Shown piece after piece: positions 10,274-19,525 of a stretch of 64,000 nucleotides of DNA. The position numbers were made by a program, and so were the translations under genes. The stretch's first letter is position 1. The number at the start of each line of letters is the position of its first letter. The notes under the pieces were generated by a model that did not search any database, was not told the origin of the DNA, and saw only the letters and a program-made list of their open reading frames with translations. This DNA is from Burkholderiales bacterium (GTDB taxonomy: Bacteria; Pseudomonadota; Gammaproteobacteria; Burkholderiales; Burkholderiaceae_D), in contig JBBSGB010000010.1 in NCBI GenBank assembly GCA_038254545.1, forward strand, positions 28,726-92,725, given 5' to 3'.

Positions 10274-11731
10274 CTATTGCCTCTGGGTCGGACGCAGCGG
10301 CAGATAAAACACGTTCTCGCCCCGACGAACCAGCAGGAACGCCTGCTTCTTCGCATCGAGCTTGACGACCTGCTCGTTGAACTGCTTCGCGCTCGTGACA
10401 TCGACGTTGTTGAGTGCCAAGACAATGTCGTCGCGACGCAGGCCGGTGCTCGCCGCCGACCCTTCAACGCTCTCGACCAGCACGCCCGACGCGATGTTCA
10501 GTTGCTTGCGCTTCTCCTCGCCGAGGTCCACGACCGACAGCCCGAGGTTGTTGGTCACCGCAGGCTTGGGCGGCTCGGGCGCCTTGGGTGGCCGCTTGGT
10601 ATCGGAATCGAGTTCGCTCACCACGATGGGAATGTCTCGCGGCGTTCCCTTGCGCAGCACCGACAGCATCGACTTGGTCCCGGGCTTGGTATCGCCCACC
10701 GCACGCGGCAGATCGACCGACTTCTCGATCGTCTTGCCGTCGAACTTGAGGATCACGTCACCCGGCATCACGCCCGCTTTTTCCGCCGGCGTTCCTACTT
10801 CGACCCGGCTGACGACCGCGCCTTGCGGCTTGATCCCCATCGCGTCGGCAACGTCCTTGCCCAGTTCCTGAATCTCGACCCCAAGCCGTCCGCGCCTGAC
10901 GCGGCCGCCGTTCTTCAGTTGCTCGACAATGCGCATCGCGTCATCGACGGGAATCGCGAACGAGATACCGATACTGCCGCCAGAGCCCGACAAGATCTGC
11001 GAATTGATCCCGATCACTTCGCCGCGCATGTTGATCAACGGCCCGCCCGAGTTGCCCGGATTGATCGCGGCATCGGTCTGGATGAAGGGCAGCAATTCGC
11101 CGGTATCGCGCCCCTTCGCGCTGACGATACCCGCGGTGACGGTGTTCTCGAGGCCGAACGGCGAGCCGATCGCAAGCACCCATTGGCCCACGCGTATTCC
11201 CTTCGAGTCGCCGATGGTGGTCTTGGGCAGGCCGCTCGCTTCGATCTTCACGAGCGCGACATCGGTGCGCTTGTCGGCGCCGATCAGCTTACCCTTGAAC
11301 TCACGCTTGTCGGTGAGCGTGACGATGATCTCGCTCGCGCTCTCGACCACGTGGGCGTTGGTCATCACATAACCGTCGGCCGACAGGATGAAGCCCGAGG
11401 CCACGCCACGCTCGCGCGGCGCGTCCGGAGTTCCGCGGTCCCCGCGATCACCACGCCTGCCTCGCGGCGTCGGCGCCTTGTCCGGCCCTGGTGTCTGCGG
11501 TGCCGGCACCCCGAAGAAGCGTCGAAAGAGTTCCTGCACATCGTCGTCGTCCAGGCCTTCCACCGAGGGCACGCCCCGCAGTCTCTCGGTCGTGCGAATG
11601 TTGACGACGGCGGGACCGACGCGCTCGACCAGATCGGCGAAGTCCGGCAGGTCACGGCCTTGCGCGAGCGCCGGTGGCGAGGCGAAGACAATCATCACGC
11701 TCGCGAGCGTCGCCACGAAGAAACTTCGCAT
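10274..11731 (-). CDS. mucD: Periplasmic serine endoprotease, DegP/DegQ/MucD family (two PDZ domains)
   Basis: Has a signal peptide (MRSFFVATLASVMIVFASPPALA), TNAHVV (His), and GNSGGPL (Ser), followed by two PDZ-like segments. It follows rpoE-rseA-rseB, as in the algU-muc clusters. Confidence 0.9.
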   Translation of the reverse strand: MRSFFVATLASVMIVFASPPALAQGRDLPDFADLVERVGPAVVNIRTTERLRGVPSVEGLDDDDVQELFRRFFGVPAPQTPGPDKAPTPRGRRGDRGDRGTPDAPRERGVASGFILSADGYVMTNAHVVESASEIIVTLTDKREFKGKLIGADKRTDVALVKIEASGLPKTTIGDSKGIRVGQWVLAIGSPFGLENTVTAGIVSAKGRDTGELLPFIQTDAAINPGNSGGPLINMRGEVIGINSQILSGSGGSIGISFAIPVDDAMRIVEQLKNGGRVRRGRLGVEIQELGKDVADAMGIKPQGAVVSRVEVGTPAEKAGVMPGDVILKFDGKTIEKSVDLPRAVGDTKPGTKSMLSVLRKGTPRDIPIVVSELDSDTKRPPKAPEPPKPAVTNNLGLSVVDLGEEKRKQLNIASGVLVESVEGSAASTGLRRDDIVLALNNVDVTSAKQFNEQVVKLDAKKQAFLLVRRGENVFYLPLRPTQRQ

Positions 11732-11765
11732 GTTGCCTTCCTTGAATGAGACCGACGCGACTCGG

Positions 11766-11807
11766 CAAAAAGAATCGGATCAGCGCGAGATCGGAGCGCG
11801 ATCCGAT
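11766..11807 (-). terminator. Rho-independent terminator downstream of rseB
   Basis: The minus-strand RNA forms AUCGGAUCGCGC-loop-GCGCUGAUCCGAU (12-bp stem, one bulge), followed by UCUUUUUG. It lies ~100 nt after the rseB stop. Confidence 0.65.
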
Positions 11808-11906
11808 CGAGCCGATCCGGATTGCATCATGCCAGCAGATGCGGACTGCCGCATGGGATAGCGGCGAACTTCGACGCGAGTAGCGTAGCCAAGCGCGCTG
11901 CCAGAC

Positions 11907-12914
11907 CTATTTCGGCGCCTTGTATGAGACGGTGCTCGCCATCTGCTTGACCGACGCGGCGGGCAAATCGCCCACGACGGTCAGCCAATAGTCGCCCAGC
12001 CTTCGGGTCACGACATTGATCGGCCCTTTGCTGGCGTCGCCTTCGGCCACCCCGGGCGGAGGAGCCGTCTCGATGAAGATCGAAACTGCGGCAAGCCCGT
12101 CCGAATAGACGATTTGTCCCACGTCCTCCCGGCCACCGAAGGCGCGACGGACCTCCATCACCTTGTGAAAGCCCGCGATCGGCTGCGCGACCGACCAGCC
12201 GGCGCGCGCCAGATCGATCGGCGTCATGTTGCTGGTCTCGGTTCGCCAACCCTCGGTGCTCGATGACGTGGGCCTGATCTTCGCGCGGTCCACTGCGCCG
12301 CCGATCAAGACGTCGGTGAATGCCACCTGCTCGATCACGATGCCTTTGTCGTTGACCGTCTGCGCCTTCAACAGCAAGGACGAATCGCGATCGAACCACA
12401 GCCGGTATCCATAGCGCTGCTTGTCTCGCGCCTCGAGCTTGATGGCTTGCGCCATGCGGCCCGCGATGCGATCGACCCCTTCGGACGAAAGCCGATAGTA
12501 CTGATCGATATCGGAAGGCGTGCTGGTGAGCAGCGCGGGAAAGCTGTCGTACCGAGCCCGCTTCTCGACCAGAATCAGCTTGCTGTCGGGAACGTAGCAG
12601 CGCACGTCGTCGTTGTGCCGGATGAACTCGCGCACTTGACCGTCGAGCAACTCGAGCTTCTCGTGCTCACCAGTCTTGTCGGCCACGTGCGTTACGCGCG
12701 ACGACTGGACCTGATTGCCCTGCTGGTAGATGAAGATGCCTGCGTAGTTCTCTCTTTGCGCGGCTTGCTGGATCCGTATCAGCAGCGCGACCGCATCGCT
12801 GGTCGCGGACACTGGCGCATCGGGCGATGCGCCGATCGCGGGTTGGCATAACGCGATTCCGATCGCGGCGAGCAACAGACCCTGTACACCCACACCCTGC
12901 GAACGACGCACCAT
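11907..12914 (-). CDS. rseB: Sigma-E regulatory protein RseB/MucB
   Basis: Has a signal peptide (MVRRSQGVGVQGLLLAAIGIALCQPAIGA) and MucB/RseB blocks (LLIRIQQAAQRENYAGIFIYQQGNQVQSSRVTH...). I chose ATG 12912-12914. An alternative ATG at 13052, 4 nt after the rseA stop, would add 46 aa before the signal peptide. Confidence 0.8.
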   Translation of the reverse strand: MVRRSQGVGVQGLLLAAIGIALCQPAIGASPDAPVSATSDAVALLIRIQQAAQRENYAGIFIYQQGNQVQSSRVTHVADKTGEHEKLELLDGQVREFIRHNDDVRCYVPDSKLILVEKRARYDSFPALLTSTPSDIDQYYRLSSEGVDRIAGRMAQAIKLEARDKQRYGYRLWFDRDSSLLLKAQTVNDKGIVIEQVAFTDVLIGGAVDRAKIRPTSSSTEGWRTETSNMTPIDLARAGWSVAQPIAGFHKVMEVRRAFGGREDVGQIVYSDGLAAVSIFIETAPPPGVAEGDASKGPINVVTRRLGDYWLTVVGDLPAASVKQMASTVSYKAPK

Positions 12915-13056
12915 GCGCCTGCCCCGACTTCCTTCGGCCGACGGCCCTCGGCGCGGCGTGACGCGCGAGCTGATGTGAAATGTGATGCGCGTTGCAAGGC
13001 GCGGCCTGATGCGCGTTTCGTTCTGCGAGCGTGCAGACGTGCCGACCGTCATGAGT

Positions 13057-13710
13057 TCACTGCGGTGCGGGCACGGAGGTCGAAGCCGAAGTATTGAATG
13101 CCGCCGGCATGGCCGACGGGCCACGATAGGCGAATGGCGTCACATCGCGATGCGCAGCAAGATAAGGCGAGAGTCGGTCGGAATCAATCGCTTTCAATTC
13201 GCTACGCGCTTCGTCACTGCGCGCTTCAGGCTCGACGACGGGACTCGCCTTCGCAATCACCACTGTCGGTCCGTCGGAGGACGAAGCCAACGCTTTCCTG
13301 GCGTCGTCGCCACGCCAGAGCGGCGTGGCCACCCACGCTACGGCGACAAGCGCCGCCGCAATCGACGCGCCTGGCAAGCCCGTCCGCATCCAGAAGCCCG
13401 GCGCGCGCGAACGCCTGGCGCGCTTGGGGGCTACGATCGCGGGCTCTGCCGCCAGCGCCATCGAGAAGCGGCGCAATGCGAGTTGACTGTGTCCCACCCC
13501 AACGACTTCGTCGGATCGCAGCCAGTCTCCAGCGCAATGGGCCGACAGCCAGAAGCGACTCAGACTCTCGGACGCCAGCAAGGCGTCCAGGGTGGCGTCG
13601 ATGGCCGCATCGTCGAGTTCGCTGTCGATCAAGGCCGACACCCGCATGCGTGCATCCGCATCGGCTGCTTGCGCTTCGACAGAGACCCCGACCGTGTCTT
13701 GAATATTCAT
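13057..13710 (-). CDS. rseA: Anti-sigma-E factor RseA/MucA-like
   Basis: 217 aa. The N-terminal RseA_N-like block is SALIDSELDDAAIDATLDALLASESLSRFWLSAHCAGDWLR, with one central TM helix (GASIAAALVAVAWVATPLW). It lies immediately downstream of rpoE. Confidence 0.72.
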   Translation of the reverse strand: MNIQDTVGVSVEAQAADADARMRVSALIDSELDDAAIDATLDALLASESLSRFWLSAHCAGDWLRSDEVVGVGHSQLALRRFSMALAAEPAIVAPKRARRSRAPGFWMRTGLPGASIAAALVAVAWVATPLWRGDDARKALASSSDGPTVVIAKASPVVEPEARSDEARSELKAIDSDRLSPYLAAHRDVTPFAYRGPSAMPAAFNTSASTSVPAPQ

Positions 13711-13712
13711 CG

Positions 13713-14333
13713 TTACCACCTCTTGTCTTTCGCTGTTCCCAACAACGGACGCAATTCGGAAGCAATCGACTCCCGGGCCCGAAAGATGCGCGAGCGCACC
13801 GTACCGATCGGACAACTCATCGCTGCCGCAATGTCTTCGTAACTCATTCCCTCTATTTCTCTCAACTGGATCGCGGTGCGGAGCTCTTCTGGGAGTGCAT
13901 CCATCGCCCGCCCGACGGTTTCGCCAACCTGCTTGCTCATCATCAGCGATTCCGGCGTGTTGATGTCCCTTAGTTGGTCCGCCTCCTCGAAAGTTTCAGC
14001 TTCTTCCGCATCATTGCCGGTGCTGGTGGGCGCCCTACGGCCCTGCGAGGCTAGATAGTTCTTGGCGGTATTGATCGCGATCCGATAAAGCCAGGTGTAG
14101 AAAGCGCTGTCGCCGCGGAACTGGGGCAGCGCCCGATAGGCCTTGATGAAGGCCTCCTGGGTCACGTCCTCGATCTCGGCCGCGTCGCGAACCAGCCGCG
14201 AGACCAGGCGATTGATCTTGCGCTGGTACTTCGCCACGAGCAGCTCGAACGCGTGCTTGTCGCCGCGCTGGACGCGCTCGACGAGAAGCTGATCGATTTC
14301 CCGCTCGGTCGCGGGTGGCGTGGGGTCAGACAA
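13713..14333 (-). CDS. rpoE: ECF sigma factor RpoE/AlgU (sigma-24)
   Basis: ...EREIDQLLVERVQRGDKHAFELLVAKYQRKINRLVSRLV...TWLYRIAINTAKNYL...EGMSYEDIAAAMSCPIGTVRSRIFRARE. No ATG lies near the conserved N-terminus. TTG 14331-14333 is preceded by AAGGGA at a 6-nt spacing and gives a normal 206-aa protein (MSDPTPPATEREIDQ...). Confidence 0.92.
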   Translation of the reverse strand: MSDPTPPATEREIDQLLVERVQRGDKHAFELLVAKYQRKINRLVSRLVRDAAEIEDVTQEAFIKAYRALPQFRGDSAFYTWLYRIAINTAKNYLASQGRRAPTSTGNDAEEAETFEEADQLRDINTPESLMMSKQVGETVGRAMDALPEELRTAIQLREIEGMSYEDIAAAMSCPIGTVRSRIFRARESIASELRPLLGTAKDKRW

Positions 14334-14883
14334 ACGAATCCCTTGGGTTCGACCCGCCGGGGTCAGAACCGATCCGGCGCGAATCGTTGCGCTGCGCCCA
14401 GAGAAGAAAGCGATGCAGTCGCCATCCTCCGTCCGCATCGATTTCGCCGCGCACGACCGCGAGGTCGAGGGTGCGATGGCACAGTCGGGCAAGCAGCTTG
14501 GATGCAGGAACGAGGGCCGATACCGGCGAAGGCGCGAGCGACAGCACCGCGAAGCCCGGCCAGACCATCGAAGCGTCGGTCAGTGCAAAAGCTTGCGGCA
14601 TGGTGCCCTCGCCCGGGTATCGCACCGATACGGCGGCGCGATCGCTGATGAAGACTTCGTATACGCACGAGCCGCCCGGCTTGATCCAGCGCTTCGCGCA
14701 GATCGCGACCGCCGTCATCATTGCGACGCCCGCCACGAGCCACAAGGCTGCAGAAGCGGACTGGTCGACCAGACGTGCCGCCATGGTCGCAGCCGTGAGG
14801 ATGACCGTGCCTGCAATCATCGCCGCGCGGGCGCTGGCGAGGTAACGCGACGGCCCGATCGCGATGTGCGTCGAGAGACTCAT
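14326..14883 (-). CDS. Hypothetical two-TM membrane protein (possibly YgfX/CptA-like)
   Basis: 185-aa ORF with ATG 14881-14883 and strong third-position GC. Two N-terminal TM helices are present (AAMIAGTVILTAATMAARL, AALWLVAGVAMMTAVAICA). The C-terminal ...EIDADGGWRLHRFLLW resembles the D-x-x-E-W-R-x-L-R-R tail of YgfX. The stop overlaps the TTG start of rpoE by 8 nt. Confidence 0.55.
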   Translation of the reverse strand: MSLSTHIAIGPSRYLASARAAMIAGTVILTAATMAARLVDQSASAALWLVAGVAMMTAVAICAKRWIKPGGSCVYEVFISDRAAVSVRYPGEGTMPQAFALTDASMVWPGFAVLSLAPSPVSALVPASKLLARLCHRTLDLAVVRGEIDADGGWRLHRFLLWAQRNDSRRIGSDPGGSNPRDSFV

Positions 14884-14958
14884 GCGCTTGAAGAAGGCGT
14901 GCGCGCAGCGGCTGCCGCGCGGATCACTGATGAAGCACGAGCAGGTTCGCGAACGGCA

Positions 14959-16188
14959 TCACAAGCGGCGCAAAATCATCGTGCCGTTGGTTCCGCCGAA
15001 ACCGAAGGAATTCGAAATGGCGACGTCGATCTTCATGGACCGCGCCTGGTTGGCGCAATAGTCGAGGTCACACTCGGGATCCTGGTTGAAGATATTGATC
15101 GTCGGTGGCGAAATCTGGTCGCGGATCGCAAGGGCCGTGAACACGCCTTCGATACCGCCCGCAGCGCCCAGCAGATGGCCGGTCATCGACTTGGTCGAAT
15201 TGACCACGAGCTTGTGCGCGTGGTCGCCGAAGGCGCGCTTGATCGCTTCGGTTTCGTTCCTGTCGCCCAGCGGCGTGGACGTGCCGTGCGCATTGATGTA
15301 CTGGACTTCGTCCGGATTCAGCTTCGCGTTGCGAAGCGCGTTCAGCATCCCGCGCCGCGGACCATCCGCATCGGGCGCCGTGATGTGATACGCGTCCGAA
15401 CTCATGCCGTATCCGATCAGCTCGGCGACGATGTTCGCGCCGCGTTCTTTCGCGTGCTCGTATTCCTCGAGCACCATGACGCCCGCGCCTTCACCGAGCA
15501 CGAAGCCGTCGCGATCGATATCCCACGGTCGGCTCGCCAGCTGCGGCTCGTCGTTGCGCTGGGTCAGCGCGCGGGCGGCCGTGAAGCCGCCGATGCCCAG
15601 CGGCGAGATGGTGGACTCGGCTCCTCCGGCGAGCATCACGTCGGCATCGCCGTACTCGATCAGGCGACCGGCTTCGCCGATGCAATGCAGGCCGGTCGTG
15701 CAGGCGCTGACGATGCCGAAGCTCGGCCCCTTCATCCCGAAATGAATCGAGAGCTGGCCGGAGACCATGTTGATGATCGACGCGGGGACGAAGAACGGCG
15801 AGATGCGCCGCGGTCCGCGCGCTGCTAGCTCGATGCAGGTTTCTTCGATCAACGGCAGCCCGCCGATACCCGAGCCGACGATCACGCCGATGCGTTCGGC
15901 ATTCTCGTCGGTGATGACCAGACCGCTGTCATTGACGGCCTGGATGCCCGCGGCAACGCCGTAATGGATGAACGTATCCATGTGGCGCGCTTCCTTGGCC
16001 ACGATGTAATCGTCGACCTTGAAGCCCTTGACCTCGCCGGCGATGCGGCAGGAAAACGCCGACGCATCGAACCTCGTGATGCGATCGATGCCCGACTTGC
16101 CGGCGACGATATTGGCCCAGGCCTCAGGAATGGTATTGCCGACCGGGGAGATGATGCCGAGCCCGGAGATGACGACACGACGACGCAT
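14959..16188 (-). CDS. fabF: 3-oxoacyl-ACP synthase II
   Basis: 409 aa, with RRVVISGLGIISPVGN, active-site SACTTG, NAHGTSTPLGD and NSFGFGGTN. Confidence 0.96.
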   Translation of the reverse strand: MRRRVVISGLGIISPVGNTIPEAWANIVAGKSGIDRITRFDASAFSCRIAGEVKGFKVDDYIVAKEARHMDTFIHYGVAAGIQAVNDSGLVITDENAERIGVIVGSGIGGLPLIEETCIELAARGPRRISPFFVPASIINMVSGQLSIHFGMKGPSFGIVSACTTGLHCIGEAGRLIEYGDADVMLAGGAESTISPLGIGGFTAARALTQRNDEPQLASRPWDIDRDGFVLGEGAGVMVLEEYEHAKERGANIVAELIGYGMSSDAYHITAPDADGPRRGMLNALRNAKLNPDEVQYINAHGTSTPLGDRNETEAIKRAFGDHAHKLVVNSTKSMTGHLLGAAGGIEGVFTALAIRDQISPPTINIFNQDPECDLDYCANQARSMKIDVAISNSFGFGGTNGTMILRRL

Positions 16189-16218
16189 GTGGTTGAAAAC
16201 GGTGCTGACGCAGCCGTC

Positions 16219-16455
16219 TTATTTCTTGTGCGAACTGACGTAGTCGATCGCCTGCTGCACGGTGGTGATCTTCTCGGCTTCTTCGTCCGGGATCTCGGTT
16301 TCGAATTCGTCTTCGAGAGCCATGACGAGCTCGACGGTGTCGAGCGAATCGGCGCCCAGATCATCGACGAAAGACGATTCGGTTTTGATGTCCGCTTCGT
16401 TGACGCCCAGTTGCTCGGCGACAATCTTCTTGACGCGCTGTTCGATGTTGTCCAT
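16219..16455 (-). CDS. acpP: Acyl carrier protein
   Basis: [59 protein letters not shown]..., with the DSLD phosphopantetheine site. 78 aa; ATG 16453-16455. Confidence 0.97.
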   Translation of the reverse strand: MDNIEQRVKKIVAEQLGVNEADIKTESSFVDDLGADSLDTVELVMALEDEFETEIPDEEAEKITTVQQAIDYVSSHKK

Positions 16456-16745
16456 GAACTCCTCTCCTCGGGGGGAATGTGTGACGATGAAGAGCGGGTC
16501 GCGCTCCAGGGTCTCTATCGGCGCTGGTATTGCTCGCTGCATGCTCGCCGCGTTGCTCGTTTGAAATTGCTCTCGACCCACTGTAAAAATTGCGCGGATT
16601 GTAGCAGACCAACCCATGCGGCCGACCTCCTCCATCGGGCTCGATGCTTGTCGGCCTACGCCTGAATCTCGGGCTTTCGGCAGACGAACTATGCCTTTCC
16701 GCGCTGTCCTCTCGCCGCGACTCTCGTTGCGTCTTCAGGCGCCAC

Positions 16746-17498
16746 TTACATATACATGCCGCCATTGACGTGCAGCGTCGTGCCGGTGATGTATCCGGCG
16801 TGCGGCGAGACCAGGAAGGCGACCGCCGCCGCGATGTCGTCGGGCTTGCCCAGACGCGCCAGTGGGATCTGCGCGGTCAACGCCTCGACCTGTCCGGCGG
16901 TAAGGCCCTTGGTCATGTCGGTATCGATGAACCCTGGCGCGACGCAATTGACCGTGATGCCGCGGCTGCCGACTTCCTTGGCGAGCGCGCGCGTCATGCC
17001 TGCGACGCCGGCCTTCGCAGCCGCGTAGTTGGCCTGCCCCGCATTGCCCGCGGAGCCCACCACCGACGTGATGTTGACGATGCGCCCACCACGCGCCTTG
17101 ATCATGCCGCGCAACACGCCGCGCGACAGGCGAAACACCGCCGACAGATTGGTGTCGATCACCGCGCTCCAGTCGTCGTCCTTCATGCGCATCGCCAGCG
17201 TGTCCTGCGTGATGCCCGCGTTGTTGACGAGGATGGCCAGCGAACCGAATTCCTTCTGAACCGCATCGATCGCCGCATCGCAGGCCGCCGCATCGCGCAC
17301 GTCGAGCAGGATGCCCTTTCCCTTGCATTGACCCGATGCGCCCGAAAGATCCTCGGTGACCCCGGCCGCCCCCGCTTCCGACGTCGAGGTCCCGACGACA
17401 GTCGCGCCGCGCGCTGCGAGTTCGGCCGCGATCGCGCGACCGATGCCCCGCGATGCGCCTGTCACGAGCGCGACCTGTCCTGTGAGTTCGTGATTCAT
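16746..17498 (-). CDS. fabG: 3-oxoacyl-ACP reductase
   Basis: 250 aa, with LVTGASRGIGRAIA (TGxxxGxG), NNAG and YAAAKAG (YxxxK). The track ORF (to 18227) is an out-of-frame read-through into fabD. The real ATG is at 17496-17498. Confidence 0.95.
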   Translation of the reverse strand: MNHELTGQVALVTGASRGIGRAIAAELAARGATVVGTSTSEAGAAGVTEDLSGASGQCKGKGILLDVRDAAACDAAIDAVQKEFGSLAILVNNAGITQDTLAMRMKDDDWSAVIDTNLSAVFRLSRGVLRGMIKARGGRIVNITSVVGSAGNAGQANYAAAKAGVAGMTRALAKEVGSRGITVNCVAPGFIDTDMTKGLTAGQVEALTAQIPLARLGKPDDIAAAVAFLVSPHAGYITGTTLHVNGGMYM

Positions 17499-17509
17499 CG
17501 CAACCTCGT

Positions 17510-18451
17510 TCACTTCACCAGTTCCAAAGCCGCATCCAACGACGCGGGGTCGAAGATCGAGGCGCCATTCAAACGTGAGTCGATGCGCTTCGTCATGCCG
17601 GTCAACACCTTCCCGGGACCGCATTCGACGACCTGCGTCACGCCGCGGTCGGCCATCATGCGGATCGTCTCGACCCAGCGCACCGGACTCGCTGCCTGGC
17701 GGACCAGGGCCGCCTTGATCGCGGTGCCCTCGTGTTCGACGCGCACGTCGACGTTGTTGATGACATCGATGGCGGGCGCTGCAATCGCCACGCTCGAGAG
17801 ATAGCCGGAAAGCCGGTCCGCCGCCGGTTGCATCAGCGACGAATGAAACGGCGCCGACACCGCCAGCATCACCGCGCGCTTGGCACCCGCTGCCTTGGCC
17901 GCTTCGCAGGCACGCTCGACGGCCGCCTTGTGCCCGGCGATGACGACTTGCGACGGCGCATTGAAATTGACTGGCTCGACGACTTCGTCTTCGGCGCCTT
18001 GTCTGCACGCTGCGCGAACCGCCTCGTCGTCCAGGCCGAGGATCGCGGCCATGCCGCCTACACCTGCTGGCACCGCGCTTTGCATCGCATTGGCGCGCAG
18101 TCGCACCAGCGGCAATGCGTCGCCGAATGCGAGCGCGCCGGCCGCGACCAGCGCCGCGTATTCGCCGAGGCTGTGGCCCGCCATCAACACAGGCGTACCA
18201 CCGCCGGCCTCGATCCATGTGCGCCACATCGCGACGCCTGCCGCCAACATCACCGGCTGCGTATTGGTGGTGAGGCCCAGGTCTTCGATCGGTCCTTTCG
18301 CGATCAGGCTCGCGAGGTCCTGCTTCAGGACCTCGGACGCCTCTTCGAGCGTTGCGGCGACCGCGGGATGCGTGCTGCGCGCGGCCAGCATCGCATCGAG
18401 CATGCCAATGGCCTGCGAACCCTGCCCGGGGAAAACGAATGCGAATGTCAT
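17510..18451 (-). CDS. fabD: Malonyl-CoA:ACP transacylase
   Basis: 313 aa, with FVFPGQGSQ and the GHSLGEY active-site serine motif. Confidence 0.95.
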   Translation of the reverse strand: MTFAFVFPGQGSQAIGMLDAMLAARSTHPAVAATLEEASEVLKQDLASLIAKGPIEDLGLTTNTQPVMLAAGVAMWRTWIEAGGGTPVLMAGHSLGEYAALVAAGALAFGDALPLVRLRANAMQSAVPAGVGGMAAILGLDDEAVRAACRQGAEDEVVEPVNFNAPSQVVIAGHKAAVERACEAAKAAGAKRAVMLAVSAPFHSSLMQPAADRLSGYLSSVAIAAPAIDVINNVDVRVEHEGTAIKAALVRQAASPVRWVETIRMMADRGVTQVVECGPGKVLTGMTKRIDSRLNGASIFDPASLDAALELVK

Positions 18452-18484
18452 CGCGGTCCTACGTCTCGATTCAACATCCCGATC

Positions 18485-19474
18485 TCACATCTCGACCAGC
18501 ACCGCGCCCCAGGTGAAGCCGCCACCCACGCCTTCCATCAACACCTTGTGGCCGCTCCTGATGCGGCCGTCGCGAACCGCGACGTCGAGCGCGAGAGGGA
18601 TCGATGCCGCCGACGTATTGCCGTGCTCGGCAACCGTCGCGATCATTTTTTCGACAGGCAACCCGAGCTTCCGGCAGGTGCCCTGCATGATGCGGATATT
18701 GGCCTGATGCGGAATCAGCCAGTCGAGATCGGCCGGTGAAATGTCGGCGGCGGCGAGGGTTTCGAGCGCGACTTTCTCGAGCACATTGACGGCAAGCTTG
18801 AACACGGCCGGCCCATCCATTCGCAACAGGGCCTGTCCTGCCACACCGCCGCGATCGACGTTGCCGGGCACGCACAGGATGCCGACATGCTGTCCGTCGG
18901 AATGCAGGCGGCTGGCCATCACGCCGGGCCGATCGGCGGCCGTCATCACCACCGCGCCCGCGCCATCTCCGAACAGGACGCAGGTGGTGCGGTCTTCGAA
19001 GTTGAGGATGCGCGAGAACACTTCGGAGCCGATCACGAGCGCATTGCTGGCCTGCCCCGAGCGAATGAAGCTGTCGGCCGTCGTCATCGCGTAAATGAAT
19101 CCGCTGCACACTGCCTGCAGGTCGAAGGCCGCGCACTGAGTGGTGATCCCGAGCTTCTGCTGAACGATGCAGGCCGTGCTTGGAAACACCATGTCTGGTG
19201 TCGAGGTCGCTATGATGATCAGGTCGATCGCCGATGGGTCCATGGCCGCGGCTTCGAGAGCTCGGCGTGCGGCGATGGTGGCCAGGTCGCTGCACGGCAT
19301 GTCGCGATCGGCGAAGTGGCGCGCCTGGATGCCGCTGCGCGAGACGATCCATTCGTCGCTGGTCTCGATGCCGTTTTGCGCAAGCTCTGCGGCCAGCATG
19401 TCGTTGGTGACCCGACGCGGGGGCAAGTAGCTGCCGGTTCCGATGATGGTCGAGTAGGGCATGAGATGCGGCAT
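18485..19474 (-). CDS. fabH: 3-oxoacyl-ACP synthase III
   Basis: [16 protein letters not shown], active-site AACSGF-type (AVCSGFIYA), and HQANIRI...GNTSAASIP. The start is ATG 19474 or ATG 19462. Confidence 0.93.
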   Translation of the reverse strand: MPHLMPYSTIIGTGSYLPPRRVTNDMLAAELAQNGIETSDEWIVSRSGIQARHFADRDMPCSDLATIAARRALEAAAMDPSAIDLIIIATSTPDMVFPSTACIVQQKLGITTQCAAFDLQAVCSGFIYAMTTADSFIRSGQASNALVIGSEVFSRILNFEDRTTCVLFGDGAGAVVMTAADRPGVMASRLHSDGQHVGILCVPGNVDRGGVAGQALLRMDGPAVFKLAVNVLEKVALETLAAADISPADLDWLIPHQANIRIMQGTCRKLGLPVEKMIATVAEHGNTSAASIPLALDVAVRDGRIRSGHKVLMEGVGGGFTWGAVLVEM

Positions 19475-19525
19475 GAGTATCGGCTTGAAGGTCGAGCGTG
19501 CGCGTGCTGCGGGTTCGCCGGATCG

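Noticed and set aside
12915-13056. Long form of rseB starting at ATG 13052, 4 nt after the rseA stop
   Set aside because: It would place 46 non-hydrophobic residues ahead of an otherwise canonical signal peptide. The short form (ATG 12914) is more consistent with a periplasmic RseB. The long form has high third-position GC, so it remains possible.
14341-14375. tRNA T-loop-like GGTTCGACC string
   Set aside because: It lies inside a coding region. No acceptor or anticodon stems can be drawn around it.
16456-16745. Unusually long (290-nt) fabG-acpP spacer as a hidden gene or RNA
   Set aside because: No ORF with an RBS and no convincing conserved structure was found. It contains a plausible extended -10 (TGcTACAAT, minus strand, 16598-16606), consistent with an ordinary acpP promoter and leader.
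16746-18227. 493-aa ORF suggesting a fused fabD-fabG product, and likewise the 684-aa ORF at 60602-62656
   Set aside because: The upstream parts are out-of-frame read-through of fabD, and of cysT and the 3' end of the binding-protein gene. The real genes start at internal ATGs (17498 for fabG, 61516 for cysW) and give normal-length proteins.
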